Translations under genes and position numbers: made by a program
Notes under the pieces: generated by a model
Seen by the model: the letters and a program-made list of their open reading frames with translations, nothing else
The model's database searches: none
Told to the model about the DNA's origin: nothing
In this document: positions 22,174 through 31,009 of the stretch, piece by piece
How positions within the stretch are numbered: the stretch's first letter is position 1
Layout: the number at the start of each line of letters is the position of its first letter
Source of the DNA: Candidatus Woesearchaeota archaeon
Lineage (GTDB): Archaea; Nanobdellota; Nanobdellia; Pacearchaeales; GW2011-AR1
Assembly (NCBI GenBank): GCA_964346485.1
Contig: CAYFUJ010000018.1
Span: 1 to 34,057, forward strand
Direction of reading: 5' to 3'
Length of the DNA stretch: 34,057 bases

Positions 22174-25149
22174 TTATTTTTTTCTTTTTCTGGATTTCTC
22201 TCTGGATTTATATATTTTAATAAAGATAAATATAATGATTGCAGCAATAATAACCCATATCCAAGTTAAGTTTTCTTCTTTCTCTTCCTCACCAAATATT
22301 TCCTGATGGATTGATTGGACAGTTAAATTTGCCTGAGAATTTTCAATAGCGTTTAGTTTAACCAAGAGATCATAATAATTATCTTTATTAAGTTCAAATT
22401 TCTTTTCATCTCCAATATTTAAAGTTGCCTTCTTTAATTCAGAAGACAGAATAATTGAAATACTTTGTTCACTTATCTCATCGATTAACAAACCATGGGT
22501 TTCATTTTCAATCTCAAAAGTCATTCTCCAATTTTCACGCATTATTTTTGTATAACCTCTGGATAAATCCTCCGAAGATATTCTGTAATCTGGGAAACCC
22601 CCTCCGCCACCATAGACCGTATAACTTATACTTGAAGAAGCAGAGTTGCCTGCATAATCTGTAATAGTACAACTAGTTGAATATATCCCTTTATTTAATG
22701 TTGAAGGATTAGTAGTATATGAGGTCGTTTGAATTCCAGAAGTAGCATCTGTTCCTGAACAAGAACAGGTTATTACGCCTGTTCTAGTCACAGAAGTAGG
22801 AGAACAAGAAAAATATATTGTGGGTGCAGTAGTATCCAGAGTTATGGTTCTTGTCACAGTTGTATTTGAGTTCCCTGCAGTATCATTTACAGTAACATTA
22901 TACGTATAGGTTCCGTCATTCAAATTAGTCCAGTTTATGCTTCTTGTCTTGTCTGTAAAACTTGTTTTATTAACCTCTCCTGTTGAATTATGCAGTAAGA
23001 AAGTTATCGTGTCCTCATTTGTTTCTGTAACACTTGTATTTATATAAATACTGGATTGAGACAAATTGGCATTATTGGCTGCTGTTCCTGTTGTATAATC
23101 TATCAAAGGATAAGAGCTGTCAATAAGTAAGCTGTAATTACTGGTAAACCATGCAGAATTACTATCATTATCATACACTAAACAATTCCAAATATAATTT
23201 CCGTCACTTAAAGTTTTGGTAAATGTAGTTGAATTTGAAGTTCCTGTAACATCTTTTGTTTCATTTGCATGCCATCCTCCTGACCAGTTTCCGTATAATG
23301 TAATATTTGCAAGCATTAAATCATCATTAGCTGAACAATTAAATACCTGTGTTGAATTGCTAGAATGGGTGTTATGCAAAGGAGAAACCAATGTTACATC
23401 AGGGTCGATAATATGGTCAATTTCTAAGTCTCCTTCAACAACCCTTAAATCAAAGGTGTCTTGAGTTCCTTCTAAATTTGTTAATAAAATCTGGTTATAA
23501 GTATTTGAATTGATACTAGTAAGTTCAGCAATAATTTCTGTGCCATCAACCTCATAAACTTCAATCTTTGGATCTCCAGTAACAACCCTTAGATATAATT
23601 TAATATCTCTCGTGTTATCTAATTCTGTTTTAAAAACAACCCTTATATAATCTTCAGAAGGAATAACCTCGCTCCACACACCATCCAACTTATAAACTTC
23701 TTCATAAATATCTGAAATAAAATTCCTGTCAGAATCTAAATGTTCTGCTTTTGCTATTTCTATAACTACCTCATAACCCTGATCATTCAACGAAGGAATA
23801 ATCCATTCGATATAATCAACCAAACCATTTCCGTTTAAGTCATACTTATCTATCTTCAATTCTTTCCTTGTTTTTTCTGTTCTCAAATACAATTTCACTG
23901 CTTTTGCATCAGCTTCAACAGACAAATAATCAAACGCAAGAACATTTGTGTAATGCATATCCTCAGGACCAGAAATCGTCACTTTTTTCTTTATCCTGGA
24001 AATACTCTCTTCTATAGAATAAGGTTCGGGAGTGTAATATTCTATCTCATAAGAATCCACGCCCTCATCCATTTTTTCAATTTCAACAAACCAATCAGTA
24101 AGTTTTTCCTGACCCATAATTTCTTCATTTTTATCTAATCTAATAAGAGTGATATTGGTAGACTGTTGAGGAAGATTTATTTTTATTTTTTGTTTTTCAG
24201 TTTTTATTATTTTCTTCCATCTTACTTTTTCTTTCAAAATTGCAGGATACTGGATTGTTTGAACAGATAAATTCCCTTCTGTAACAACGATATTAAATGA
24301 TTCTTCCAAAGTTTCATTATCCTTGTATGCAGTTACTGTTGTGGATGTCGTTCCAGTATAATTGATTTCAGGAGTTAATGTCAACAGGCCGCCATCCAAC
24401 ACTAAACTGATATTTTCAACTTCTGAAATTGAATAAGAGTCGGCATTTAAAAAATATTCATCTAAGTTCACGGTTTCTTTTGTATTTTTTATGATAATTA
24501 TATCTTGAATTGGCTTGATCAACTGTAAGATCATATCTTCTATTTCGAATTCTTCTAGGTCTTTAATAGTCAAAAACCGCCACCATGGTCCGCGCAATTT
24601 AATAATTTTTCCGGTTTGAGCATCTACCTCTATTTTTAATTTATATTTAACCCTAAATAATCCTAAAAATTTACCCGATTTATTTGCTTCTGAGAAATAA
24701 ACGATATTTACGGCAGCACCTTTTCCAACCTCTTTTAGTTCAAGAGTTCTGTTTTGACTTTCCAATTTGGCCAACGCAATTCTCGAGGCTGTGTTTGGCA
24801 TGATTTTTACTTCAGATTTTATCCCATTTGATAATTTTGCCCTTATTTTTTCTGTATCTTTTTCTTGTTCTAATTCCAAATCAGAAATAGCTTCAATATC
24901 TCTTAATTTAATTTTTTGTTTAATTTTTCTCTTTTCCCCGCTTTCATCCTCTATTGAAGGAGTTGGAGGAATTACTTGGACTTTATTCCTATTTTTATCG
25001 ATGGAAGTTTGTACTTCTTCCCCGGTTTCTTTTTCCCCAGTGGGTGTTTCTTCCCCAACAGTTTTTTTATCAGATTTTGAATAAACTATCATTCCAAGAA
25101 GTCCAAGTATTAAAATTCCAATAACTAATAATATCACACCTCTTTTCAT
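22174..25149 (-). CDS. Large cell-surface protein (signal/anchor, Ig-like repeats, sequon-rich region, C-terminal TM anchor)
   Basis: 991 aa with an N-terminal hydrophobic segment (VILLVIGILILGLLGMIVY) and a C-terminal TM plus basic tail (WIWVIIAAIIIFIFIKIYKSREKSRKRKK). It has DGTYTYNVTVNDTAGN-type Ig-like modules. I count 16 N-x-S/T sequons within about 190 residues. Confidence 0.8.
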   Translation of the reverse strand: MKRGVILLVIGILILGLLGMIVYSKSDKKTVGEETPTGEKETGEEVQTSIDKNRNKVQVIPPTPSIEDESGEKRKIKQKIKLRDIEAISDLELEQEKDTEKIRAKLSNGIKSEVKIMPNTASRIALAKLESQNRTLELKEVGKGAAVNIVYFSEANKSGKFLGLFRVKYKLKIEVDAQTGKIIKLRGPWWRFLTIKDLEEFEIEDMILQLIKPIQDIIIIKNTKETVNLDEYFLNADSYSISEVENISLVLDGGLLTLTPEINYTGTTSTTVTAYKDNETLEESFNIVVTEGNLSVQTIQYPAILKEKVRWKKIIKTEKQKIKINLPQQSTNITLIRLDKNEEIMGQEKLTDWFVEIEKMDEGVDSYEIEYYTPEPYSIEESISRIKKKVTISGPEDMHYTNVLAFDYLSVEADAKAVKLYLRTEKTRKELKIDKYDLNGNGLVDYIEWIIPSLNDQGYEVVIEIAKAEHLDSDRNFISDIYEEVYKLDGVWSEVIPSEDYIRVVFKTELDNTRDIKLYLRVVTGDPKIEVYEVDGTEIIAELTSINSNTYNQILLTNLEGTQDTFDLRVVEGDLEIDHIIDPDVTLVSPLHNTHSSNSTQVFNCSANDDLMLANITLYGNWSGGWHANETKDVTGTSNSTTFTKTLSDGNYIWNCLVYDNDSNSAWFTSNYSLLIDSSYPLIDYTTGTAANNANLSQSSIYINTSVTETNEDTITFLLHNSTGEVNKTSFTDKTRSINWTNLNDGTYTYNVTVNDTAGNSNTTVTRTITLDTTAPTIYFSCSPTSVTRTGVITCSCSGTDATSGIQTTSYTTNPSTLNKGIYSTSCTITDYAGNSASSSISYTVYGGGGGFPDYRISSEDLSRGYTKIMRENWRMTFEIENETHGLLIDEISEQSISIILSSELKKATLNIGDEKKFELNKDNYYDLLVKLNAIENSQANLTVQSIHQEIFGEEEKEENLTWIWVIIAAIIIFIFIKIYKSREKSRKRKK

Positions 25150-25207
25150 AGCAATAAAAAAACAAAAGGAATTTTATAAAGTTTTAGTTTTTGAAAAGGT
25201 TTATCGA

Positions 25208-25291
25208 TGCGGAGACTAGGATTCGAACCTAGGTAGGCACTAAGCCACGAGAGCCTTAATCTCGCCCGTTTGACCACTCCGGCATCCCCGC
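25208..25291 (-). tRNA. tRNA-Leu (class II, long variable arm); hand-folded anticodon reads AAG
   Basis: The minus strand reads GCGGGGA-TG-CCGGAGTGGTCAAACGGG-CGAGA-TTAAGGC-TCTCG-TGGCTTAGTGCCTAC-CTAGG-TTCGAAT-CCTAG-TCTCCGC-A. All stems pair. The alternative register giving UAA needs a C:U mismatch in the anticodon stem. Confidence 0.85.
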
Positions 25292-25345
25292 ATAAAAATA
25301 CTAAAATAATCTCTTTTTAAAATATATCTATTAGAATAAAACCTC

Positions 25346-26059
25346 TTAAATCTTCCCGATTTCTTTTGCCATAGAAGCGAGATCTTTTTTTAGAGTTTCT
25401 ATTGATTTCTTGAAAATATTCTCTACACTCATCTGGCCAAAGGATTCAACAGTTATTATCAGCTCACCCTTAGTGTTAATCTCTGCTTTTTTCTTATTTT
25501 TGTTTGCAATTCCTTCACAGAAATCTGCAATTTCTTTTTTCTTATTGTCAATTATTATGATTTTATCACCTTTTTCCTTTATTTCAACATTAGGACATGC
25601 TTTTTTTATCTCTTCTTGAAACCCTTTGTCAAGAGTCATTTCAACAACGTTTCTGTAAAACATCAGGCCAGGAGAGAACTTTGAATGCTCAGAACCTTTT
25701 CCAGCCCTTACTGTTGCAACGAGCTGAATTTCTTTATTGTTGTTAAGGGTCGTGATTGGTATATTTTTATAAACAACAGCAGGACTTCCTTTCAAATCTC
25801 CAGAATAAACTATCCCTTCTTTTTTCACATTGAGCTTTAGTTTTCCTTCCTTCTTTGTACCCTCTATTTTTAAAGGTATGAGCCCTATTCTGTGGGCGAT
25901 GGTTTCGTCATAAAGCGCAGAATCATTTTTCGATATCTCTACCTCGTCAACAGCAAGAACAGGAACCTGGTTTATATACCTCCTTATAGAGTTTGCAAGA
26001 GTCTCGTCTATCTCTGCTGTAAAAATGAGCTGGTTTCCTGTTTTTTCTATCTTTTTCAT
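25346..26059 (-). CDS. rpoD: DNA-directed RNA polymerase subunit Rpo3 (RpoD)
   Basis: 237 aa. LANSIRRYINQVPVLAVDEVEISKNDSALYDETIAHRIGLIPL. It is in the conserved position after uS13, uS4 and uS11. Confidence 0.9.
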   Translation of the reverse strand: MKKIEKTGNQLIFTAEIDETLANSIRRYINQVPVLAVDEVEISKNDSALYDETIAHRIGLIPLKIEGTKKEGKLKLNVKKEGIVYSGDLKGSPAVVYKNIPITTLNNNKEIQLVATVRAGKGSEHSKFSPGLMFYRNVVEMTLDKGFQEEIKKACPNVEIKEKGDKIIIIDNKKKEIADFCEGIANKNKKKAEINTKGELIITVESFGQMSVENIFKKSIETLKKDLASMAKEIGKI

Positions 26060-26060
26060 T

Positions 26061-26471
26061 TTAAGGTCGTCTTCCTCTTCGGCCTCCCTTCTTCTTTGGT
26101 CCGCCTCTTGGGAATCTCGTAGTGTCTAATATGTTTAGTATTTTAAAACCTTCTCTTGAAAGGCTTTTCACTATTGCATTTGCTCCCGGACCTGGGACAA
26201 GATTCCGTGTTTTAGCTCTTATTCTGAAATACAAAAACCCAACACCTTTCTCGTGCAGGTTCTCCGCAACTCTTTTTGCAATAAACATGGCTATCGTGGG
26301 GTTTGCCTTTAATCTTCCGTGTTTTGTGACCATGCCCCCACTGACTTTTGTAAGAGTCTTTCCAGACATATCTGTGACATGAACAAGGGTGTTATTGAAA
26401 GAAGTGTAGATATTTACAACAGCCTCTACCTTTTTCTTTTCTTTTTTTTCTGTTTTTTGTTCTGTTTTCAT
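26061..26471 (-). CDS. rps11: 30S ribosomal protein uS11
   Basis: 136 aa. VNIYTSFNNTLVHVTDMSG...GPGANAIVKSLSREGFKILNILDTTRFPRGGPKKKGGRRGRR. Confidence 0.95.
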   Translation of the reverse strand: MKTEQKTEKKEKKKVEAVVNIYTSFNNTLVHVTDMSGKTLTKVSGGMVTKHGRLKANPTIAMFIAKRVAENLHEKGVGFLYFRIRAKTRNLVPGPGANAIVKSLSREGFKILNILDTTRFPRGGPKKKGGRRGRRP

Positions 26472-26968
26472 TTTTCAGACCCCTCTTTATCTTCTTTCAT
26501 CTTTTTTTCTACTGATTTATTTTTCTTTGTTTTTAAAGATATTTTATTCTCTAAGTCAAGAGGAACAATATATGAAGGGCTATTGACAACACGCTTATTT
26601 ATTAAAACTTTCTTATGTACAATCGCTTGCCTTGCGCTTTTCGGCGACCTAGCAAGTTTCTTTTTTACGAGAATTGTTTGAAGCCTTCTTTTCAGATAAT
26701 CTTTTTTGTCTAGTGAAAGAATATCTGCAATTGAATTTACATTTAGACCTATTTTTTTCAGTCTTTTAAATAAAGCATTTTTCTCCTTTGGGCTGGCGGA
26801 AATTAATTTTTTTGCCTTTTCTCTTATTGCCTTAATCTCAGATTCTGCCTTCCAGATTTCTTTTTTATTTTTTAGTCCGAACTCTTTTCTTATCTGCGCT
26901 TCTTCCTCAATTCTATCTTTGTCAAAAGGCCTTCTTGGTTTTGAATATTTTTTATGTTTTCTTTTCAT
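26468..26968 (-). CDS. rps4: 30S ribosomal protein uS4
   Basis: 166 aa. KKYSKPRRPFDKDRIEEEAQIRKEFGLKNKKEIWKAE...RRLQTILVKKKLARSPKSARQAIVHKKVLINKRVV. Confidence 0.93.
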   Translation of the reverse strand: MKRKHKKYSKPRRPFDKDRIEEEAQIRKEFGLKNKKEIWKAESEIKAIREKAKKLISASPKEKNALFKRLKKIGLNVNSIADILSLDKKDYLKRRLQTILVKKKLARSPKSARQAIVHKKVLINKRVVNSPSYIVPLDLENKISLKTKKNKSVEKKMKEDKEGSEK

Positions 26969-27453
26969 TTTTCTCCTTCAGGTTTCTTTACTTTTCTTTT
27001 AATTCCTGCCCCTTTTTTCTTATTTTTTCTGAAATGACTCTTTGTTCTCTGCCCTCTCACTGGAAGACCTGCAGAGTGCCTTATTCCTCTATAACTTTTT
27101 ATTTTTTTCAGTCTTTTAATGTCAAACTCTTTCTGTAATTCAAGATCTGTTCCTGTAAGATATCTTTGTTTCCCTGTTTCGAAATCAAATCTTCTGTTAA
27201 AAATAAAGGAAGGAATCTCAGGATTTTTTATAAAATTAGATATTTTTTTAACTTCTGCATCAGTAAGAGAACCAACCTTTCTGTTTTTGTCGATTTTCAA
27301 TTTTTTGCAGATAGCATTAGCCATGCTCCATGAAATTCCTTTTATTTTCGCCAGTCCTGCATAAATTCTCATAGCACCTTCTATATCTTCGTCAAGAATT
27401 CGAACTATTCTTTCTTTGTATTTTTCTTCTTCTGTTTTCTGTTCTTGTACCAT
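26965..27453 (-). CDS. rps13: 30S ribosomal protein uS13
   Basis: 162 aa. IVRILDEDIEG...IKGISWSMANAICKKL...KSYRGIRHSAGLPVRGQRTKSHFR. Confidence 0.93.
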   Translation of the reverse strand: MVQEQKTEEEKYKERIVRILDEDIEGAMRIYAGLAKIKGISWSMANAICKKLKIDKNRKVGSLTDAEVKKISNFIKNPEIPSFIFNRRFDFETGKQRYLTGTDLELQKEFDIKRLKKIKSYRGIRHSAGLPVRGQRTKSHFRKNKKKGAGIKRKVKKPEGEK

Positions 27454-27457
27454 TTTA

Positions 27458-27994
27458 TTATTTTACAAACAACTTATATCTCTCGAACTCTGTCAACTCT
27501 TTAATAATTCTTTTTTCTATTGCTTTTTCAGGATCAGGGAGATTCTGAAGTCTTTTTTTCATATCCTTAAAACTCTCAAAAGGCTTGTCTTTTCTTTTTT
27601 CCAGAATCTCTTTCATATGTTTTTTTCCAAATCCAGGAAGAAGCTCTATCTGATGTATTCTCTTGTTTATTGCCTCAGAGTTATTGAAAAAATCAATAAA
27701 TTCTTTTCCTTTTTTTCTGACTATCTTGCTTATAAATTCCTGCAACTGATTTTTAGCAGCTTCTGTAATCTTTTCATGATGGAGCCTTCCGAGGATATAA
27801 TAGATTTTATCTCTTTTGCCTTCACCTATATAGACTTTCTCGCCTATCTCTAAAGAAATCCCTCTTCTAGGAACCAATTCCAAAAGAGTAAGATTCAACT
27901 CTCCTATAGCCTGGGCTATGGGCATCATTCTCTTCTCTAAAGGATATCCGTTTGGTAAATATTCTAAGATTATTGCGTATTCTTCTTTTCTCAT
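27458..27994 (-). CDS. DUF655/COG1491 family protein (OB-fold plus helix-hairpin-helix nucleic-acid-binding protein)
   Basis: 178 aa. EEYAIILEYLPNGYP......VYIGEGKRDKI...IELLPGFGKKHMKEILEKRK. It sits in the conserved archaeal neighbourhood eL21-Rpo4-DUF655. Confidence 0.75.
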   Translation of the reverse strand: MRKEEYAIILEYLPNGYPLEKRMMPIAQAIGELNLTLLELVPRRGISLEIGEKVYIGEGKRDKIYYILGRLHHEKITEAAKNQLQEFISKIVRKKGKEFIDFFNNSEAINKRIHQIELLPGFGKKHMKEILEKRKDKPFESFKDMKKRLQNLPDPEKAIEKRIIKELTEFERYKLFVK

Positions 27995-27999
27995 TTTTT

Positions 28000-28305
28000 C
28001 TATTTGAATTCCTCGATTGTTTCGAGTATTTTTTTTGTTTCATCTTCATTAAGACTAACATCATTAAAAATTTTGTTTAAATTTTCAGAGTCTTCTGGAA
28101 GCAGATCGATTATCTTACCCATGTGCTCCGACTTCATTTTCATTAAATCAAGACTTTCAAGTTTTTTTTGCATTTCTTTTGCCTTTTCAGGTTTTAATTT
28201 TGCAAATTTTTTTATAAATTTTTGAATTTTTGCTCCGCTATCAGAATCTTTCTTTACGTATTCAAGAGTTTCTGCCATATTCAATGGGGTTGTGTTTTTT
28301 ATCAT
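28000..28305 (-). CDS. rpoF: DNA-directed RNA polymerase subunit Rpo4 (RpoF)
   Basis: 101 aa, helical and acidic/basic (MAETLEYVKK...KPEKAKEMQKKLESL...KSEHMGKIIDLLPEDSENLNKIF). Its position between eL21 and DUF655 is typical for rpoF. Confidence 0.65.
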   Translation of the reverse strand: MIKNTTPLNMAETLEYVKKDSDSGAKIQKFIKKFAKLKPEKAKEMQKKLESLDLMKMKSEHMGKIIDLLPEDSENLNKIFNDVSLNEDETKKILETIEEFK

Positions 28306-28323
28306 GATATTCCTTATTGGACC

Positions 28324-28584
28324 TTATTTATGGGTTTTTATTCTTTTTAAATGGACCGGAGCAATTAAAAATTTTTTCTCTTTTTTTAGGTCTTTGATTT
28401 TTATTATATAAGACATTCCCCTCTTTCCTACTATAACTCCTGTTCTTCCCTGGATTCTTTCAGGAAATTTTGCTTGAACCGAAGGCTCTTTCACAATCGC
28501 AACAGAATCCCCATTATTTAATTCCTGAAAGTATCTACTAAGCTGAATTTTTCCCTTTGTCCTAATTTTCTTCTTTCTGACCAT
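28324..28584 (-). CDS. rpl21e: 50S ribosomal protein eL21 (L21e)
   Basis: 86 aa. TKGKIQLSRYFQELNNGDSVAIVKEPSVQAKFPERIQGRTGVIVGKRGMSYIIKI. Confidence 0.88.
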   Translation of the reverse strand: MVRKKKIRTKGKIQLSRYFQELNNGDSVAIVKEPSVQAKFPERIQGRTGVIVGKRGMSYIIKIKDLKKEKKFLIAPVHLKRIKTHK

Positions 28585-28637
28585 AATTTACCCAAATTCA
28601 CTTTATTTAAAAAACTATCTTTTACATAAAATCTGAT

Positions 28638-28835
28638 TTAGAATTCTTGAAAATTTTTAGAAATTTCTGGAAAGTTCGTTGGAACCAAATCCCCTTTTCT
28701 CCTCGCTTCTTCCATGTTCTGAATAATAGCATCGAACATCTTTTCTCCCCATACACTTTTTCCGCACCTTGAGCAGAAATCAACAACACATTCTTCAGGA
28801 ATTTCTGCCCCGCAATAGATACATTTTTTATACAT
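28638..28835 (-). CDS. Small zinc-ribbon protein
   Basis: 65 aa with a CIYCG...x12...CSRCG four-Cys ribbon. I prefer it over the overlapping 28622-28843 frame, which has no recognisable features. Confidence 0.55.
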   Translation of the reverse strand: MYKKCIYCGAEIPEECVVDFCSRCGKSVWGEKMFDAIIQNMEEARRKGDLVPTNFPEISKNFQEF

Positions 28836-28891
28836 CTCAACACCTCTTTTTCAAAAGTGATTATCTTAAAAGAAAAAATAGTTTTTAAATC

Positions 28892-30103
28892 TTATTCATA
28901 CCTTAATGCATCAACAGGTTTTAACTTTGCAGCTTGCATCGCTGGCAAAATCCCTGAAACAGCCCCAATTAAAAAAGAAAAAACAAGTGCACCGACGATT
29001 AAGTAAAGGGGAAAGGATGCTTGTAAGAAAGGGGTCCCAAGAGTAGTAGTTGCGACATATTCTGTTCCCTTTGCAAGACCAATCCCGATCAAAATACCAA
29101 TTGCTCCTCCAACCAGCCCAAGCAAACCAGATTCAAATAAAAATATGTAAAGAATGTCTGAATTTTTTGCGCCTACCGCTTTCATCGTGCCTATCTCTTT
29201 TGTTCTTTCAAGCACAGAAGTATACATTGTGTTCATAATACCTATACCTCCAACAATTAGAGAAATTGCAGCTATTCCTATGAGAACTGCCTGAACAACA
29301 GCAAATATGTTTGAGAAAGTTTCTAAAATTTGCTCAAAGGTTTGAACTGAAAAAGTTTCTTCTCCTTTTTTTTCACCTCTCGACTTTCTTAATTCCTTTT
29401 TAATATTTTCTGCAACCTCATCAGGCTCAAAACCATCTTTTAGCTGGACATAAACCATATCTATTTCATCCTCTTTATCAAAAATTTCTTTAGCTGTTTC
29501 AAGAGGAATATAAACCTGGGAATCATCTGCTGGATTTCCTATTTGACTCATTACACCAATAACTCGAAATTCTTTTCCTTGTACAATAAGCTTATCCCTT
29601 AAATCAACCCCCTCATCAAAAAAACCCCCATCTTTGGCAACCAAAAAACCAACGACAATTTCATCTTTATCTCCTTCCTTCAAATCCCTGCCTTGCTCAG
29701 GTTCAAATCCCTGCATTTCTTTGAAAATATTTGCTGTTTCATCTGTCGGCATGCCAATAACAAATGTTGGTTTTGACTCATCTTTAAATTTGATTAAACT
29801 AGAACTATAAACCATCTCTGCAACTATCTCAACTCCTTTTGTTTTTTTCATGGTATCTAAATCTTTAGAGGTTAATTTATCAGTACTTGCCATTCCAAAA
29901 GCCATACCTCTTCCAGGCATAACAATTAACTTATTTGCACCCATCATTTCAAATGTCTCTGTTAAGTATCCTTGCAAGCCCTGACCGAGAGAAATAAGGG
30001 AAACCACTGCAGCAATACCGATAAAAATTCCGAGAATAGTCAACCACGCTCTAAGTTTTCTTCTCTTAAGATTATTAAATGCGAGAAAGAGGTAACTTTT
30101 CAT
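28892..30103 (-). CDS. ABC transporter permease, MacB/FtsX type
   Basis: 403 aa. It has an N-terminal TM segment, a large extracytoplasmic MacB-like domain, then three C-terminal TM segments with TKEIGTMKAVGAKNSDILYIFLFE (the FtsX motif region). Confidence 0.88.
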   Translation of the reverse strand: MKSYLFLAFNNLKRRKLRAWLTILGIFIGIAAVVSLISLGQGLQGYLTETFEMMGANKLIVMPGRGMAFGMASTDKLTSKDLDTMKKTKGVEIVAEMVYSSSLIKFKDESKPTFVIGMPTDETANIFKEMQGFEPEQGRDLKEGDKDEIVVGFLVAKDGGFFDEGVDLRDKLIVQGKEFRVIGVMSQIGNPADDSQVYIPLETAKEIFDKEDEIDMVYVQLKDGFEPDEVAENIKKELRKSRGEKKGEETFSVQTFEQILETFSNIFAVVQAVLIGIAAISLIVGGIGIMNTMYTSVLERTKEIGTMKAVGAKNSDILYIFLFESGLLGLVGGAIGILIGIGLAKGTEYVATTTLGTPFLQASFPLYLIVGALVFSFLIGAVSGILPAMQAAKLKPVDALRYE

Positions 30104-30109
30104 TTGAAG

Positions 30110-30964
30110 TCACCCCTTCTTTTTCCTTCTTTTCCTTATTCTTCTGTAGATAAAGAAAGCAACTATGAGAATTCCTATTATAATATAAGGAATATAATTT
30201 GGATTTTTTATTATTCCTAATTTAAGAGCCTGTTCTCTCGTATAAACTTTGAAAGGAAGATTCACGGTTTCTGTCTGGTCTTGATTATCAAAATCTTTGT
30301 AATCAATTTTTGCAGAAAAGACAGGATTTGTCGTCTTGTAAATTACATCAAACGTTGCAGTATCAGAATCGTCTGCATCTATGGTTCCTACAAAGATCTT
30401 ATCTCCTGAGAGAAGCTCAAAACCCTGGGGAAAAATCTGTACAGAAACAGATTTTATTTCCCCAAGTCCCTTATTGATTATTTCAAGGGAGATGCTTCCC
30501 TCTTGCCCGAGTATTGCATTTTCATCAGTCTCGACACTAAAGTCAATATCTGTTTTGGCAGATACTCTTAAACCGAACGTCCCTGTTTTATTATAAGTTT
30601 CAGAATTATTGTCAGCATTTACATATTTTATAATATATTTAATATCATAATCACCAGGAATTATATCTGTCGAAGCTCTTAAGGTGAAACTTACATCATC
30701 GTCATCGTCTTCATCAAGGTCATCAATATCTTTTTCAGAGCTGCCTATAGTTGTGAAAGGCAATTCACTCAAGTCAAGAGCAACAGAAACATCTTCAATC
30801 TCAAAGTTTTCATTGTTTTCTATATTAAGAGTAATCTTTCCAGATTCTCCTGGATAGATCGTGATATAATCTGAATCTATAATTAGTGCAGGAATAAATT
30901 GAAGAGCGAGCACTACGAGCAGAATTCCCGCCAAGATTTTTGGAAGACTGGTTTGTTTTATCAT
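30110..30964 (-). CDS. Extracytoplasmic beta-sandwich (CARDB/COG1361-like) protein with N- and C-terminal anchors
   Basis: 284 aa with a signal/anchor (ILAGILLVVLALQFIPALI). Two repeats of the I.PGESG.I.L.I.N.G pattern are present, with an Asp-rich loop (DDLDEDDDDD) and a C-terminal TM plus RRIRKRRKKKG tail. It lies between the ABC ATPase and the permease. Confidence 0.6.
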   Translation of the reverse strand: MIKQTSLPKILAGILLVVLALQFIPALIIDSDYITIYPGESGKITLNIENNENFEIEDVSVALDLSELPFTTIGSSEKDIDDLDEDDDDDVSFTLRASTDIIPGDYDIKYIIKYVNADNNSETYNKTGTFGLRVSAKTDIDFSVETDENAILGQEGSISLEIINKGLGEIKSVSVQIFPQGFELLSGDKIFVGTIDADDSDTATFDVIYKTTNPVFSAKIDYKDFDNQDQTETVNLPFKVYTREQALKLGIIKNPNYIPYIIIGILIVAFFIYRRIRKRRKKKG

Positions 30965-31009
30965 GATAAACCTCTTGTATTTGTCCTTATAAAGATTTGT
31001 GTTTTAAAA

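Noticed and set aside
28622-28843. 73-aa alternative frame overlapping the zinc-ribbon ORF
   Set aside because: The 65-aa frame has a clean CxxC...CxxC ribbon; the 73-aa frame has no recognisable motif. Only one of the two can be real.
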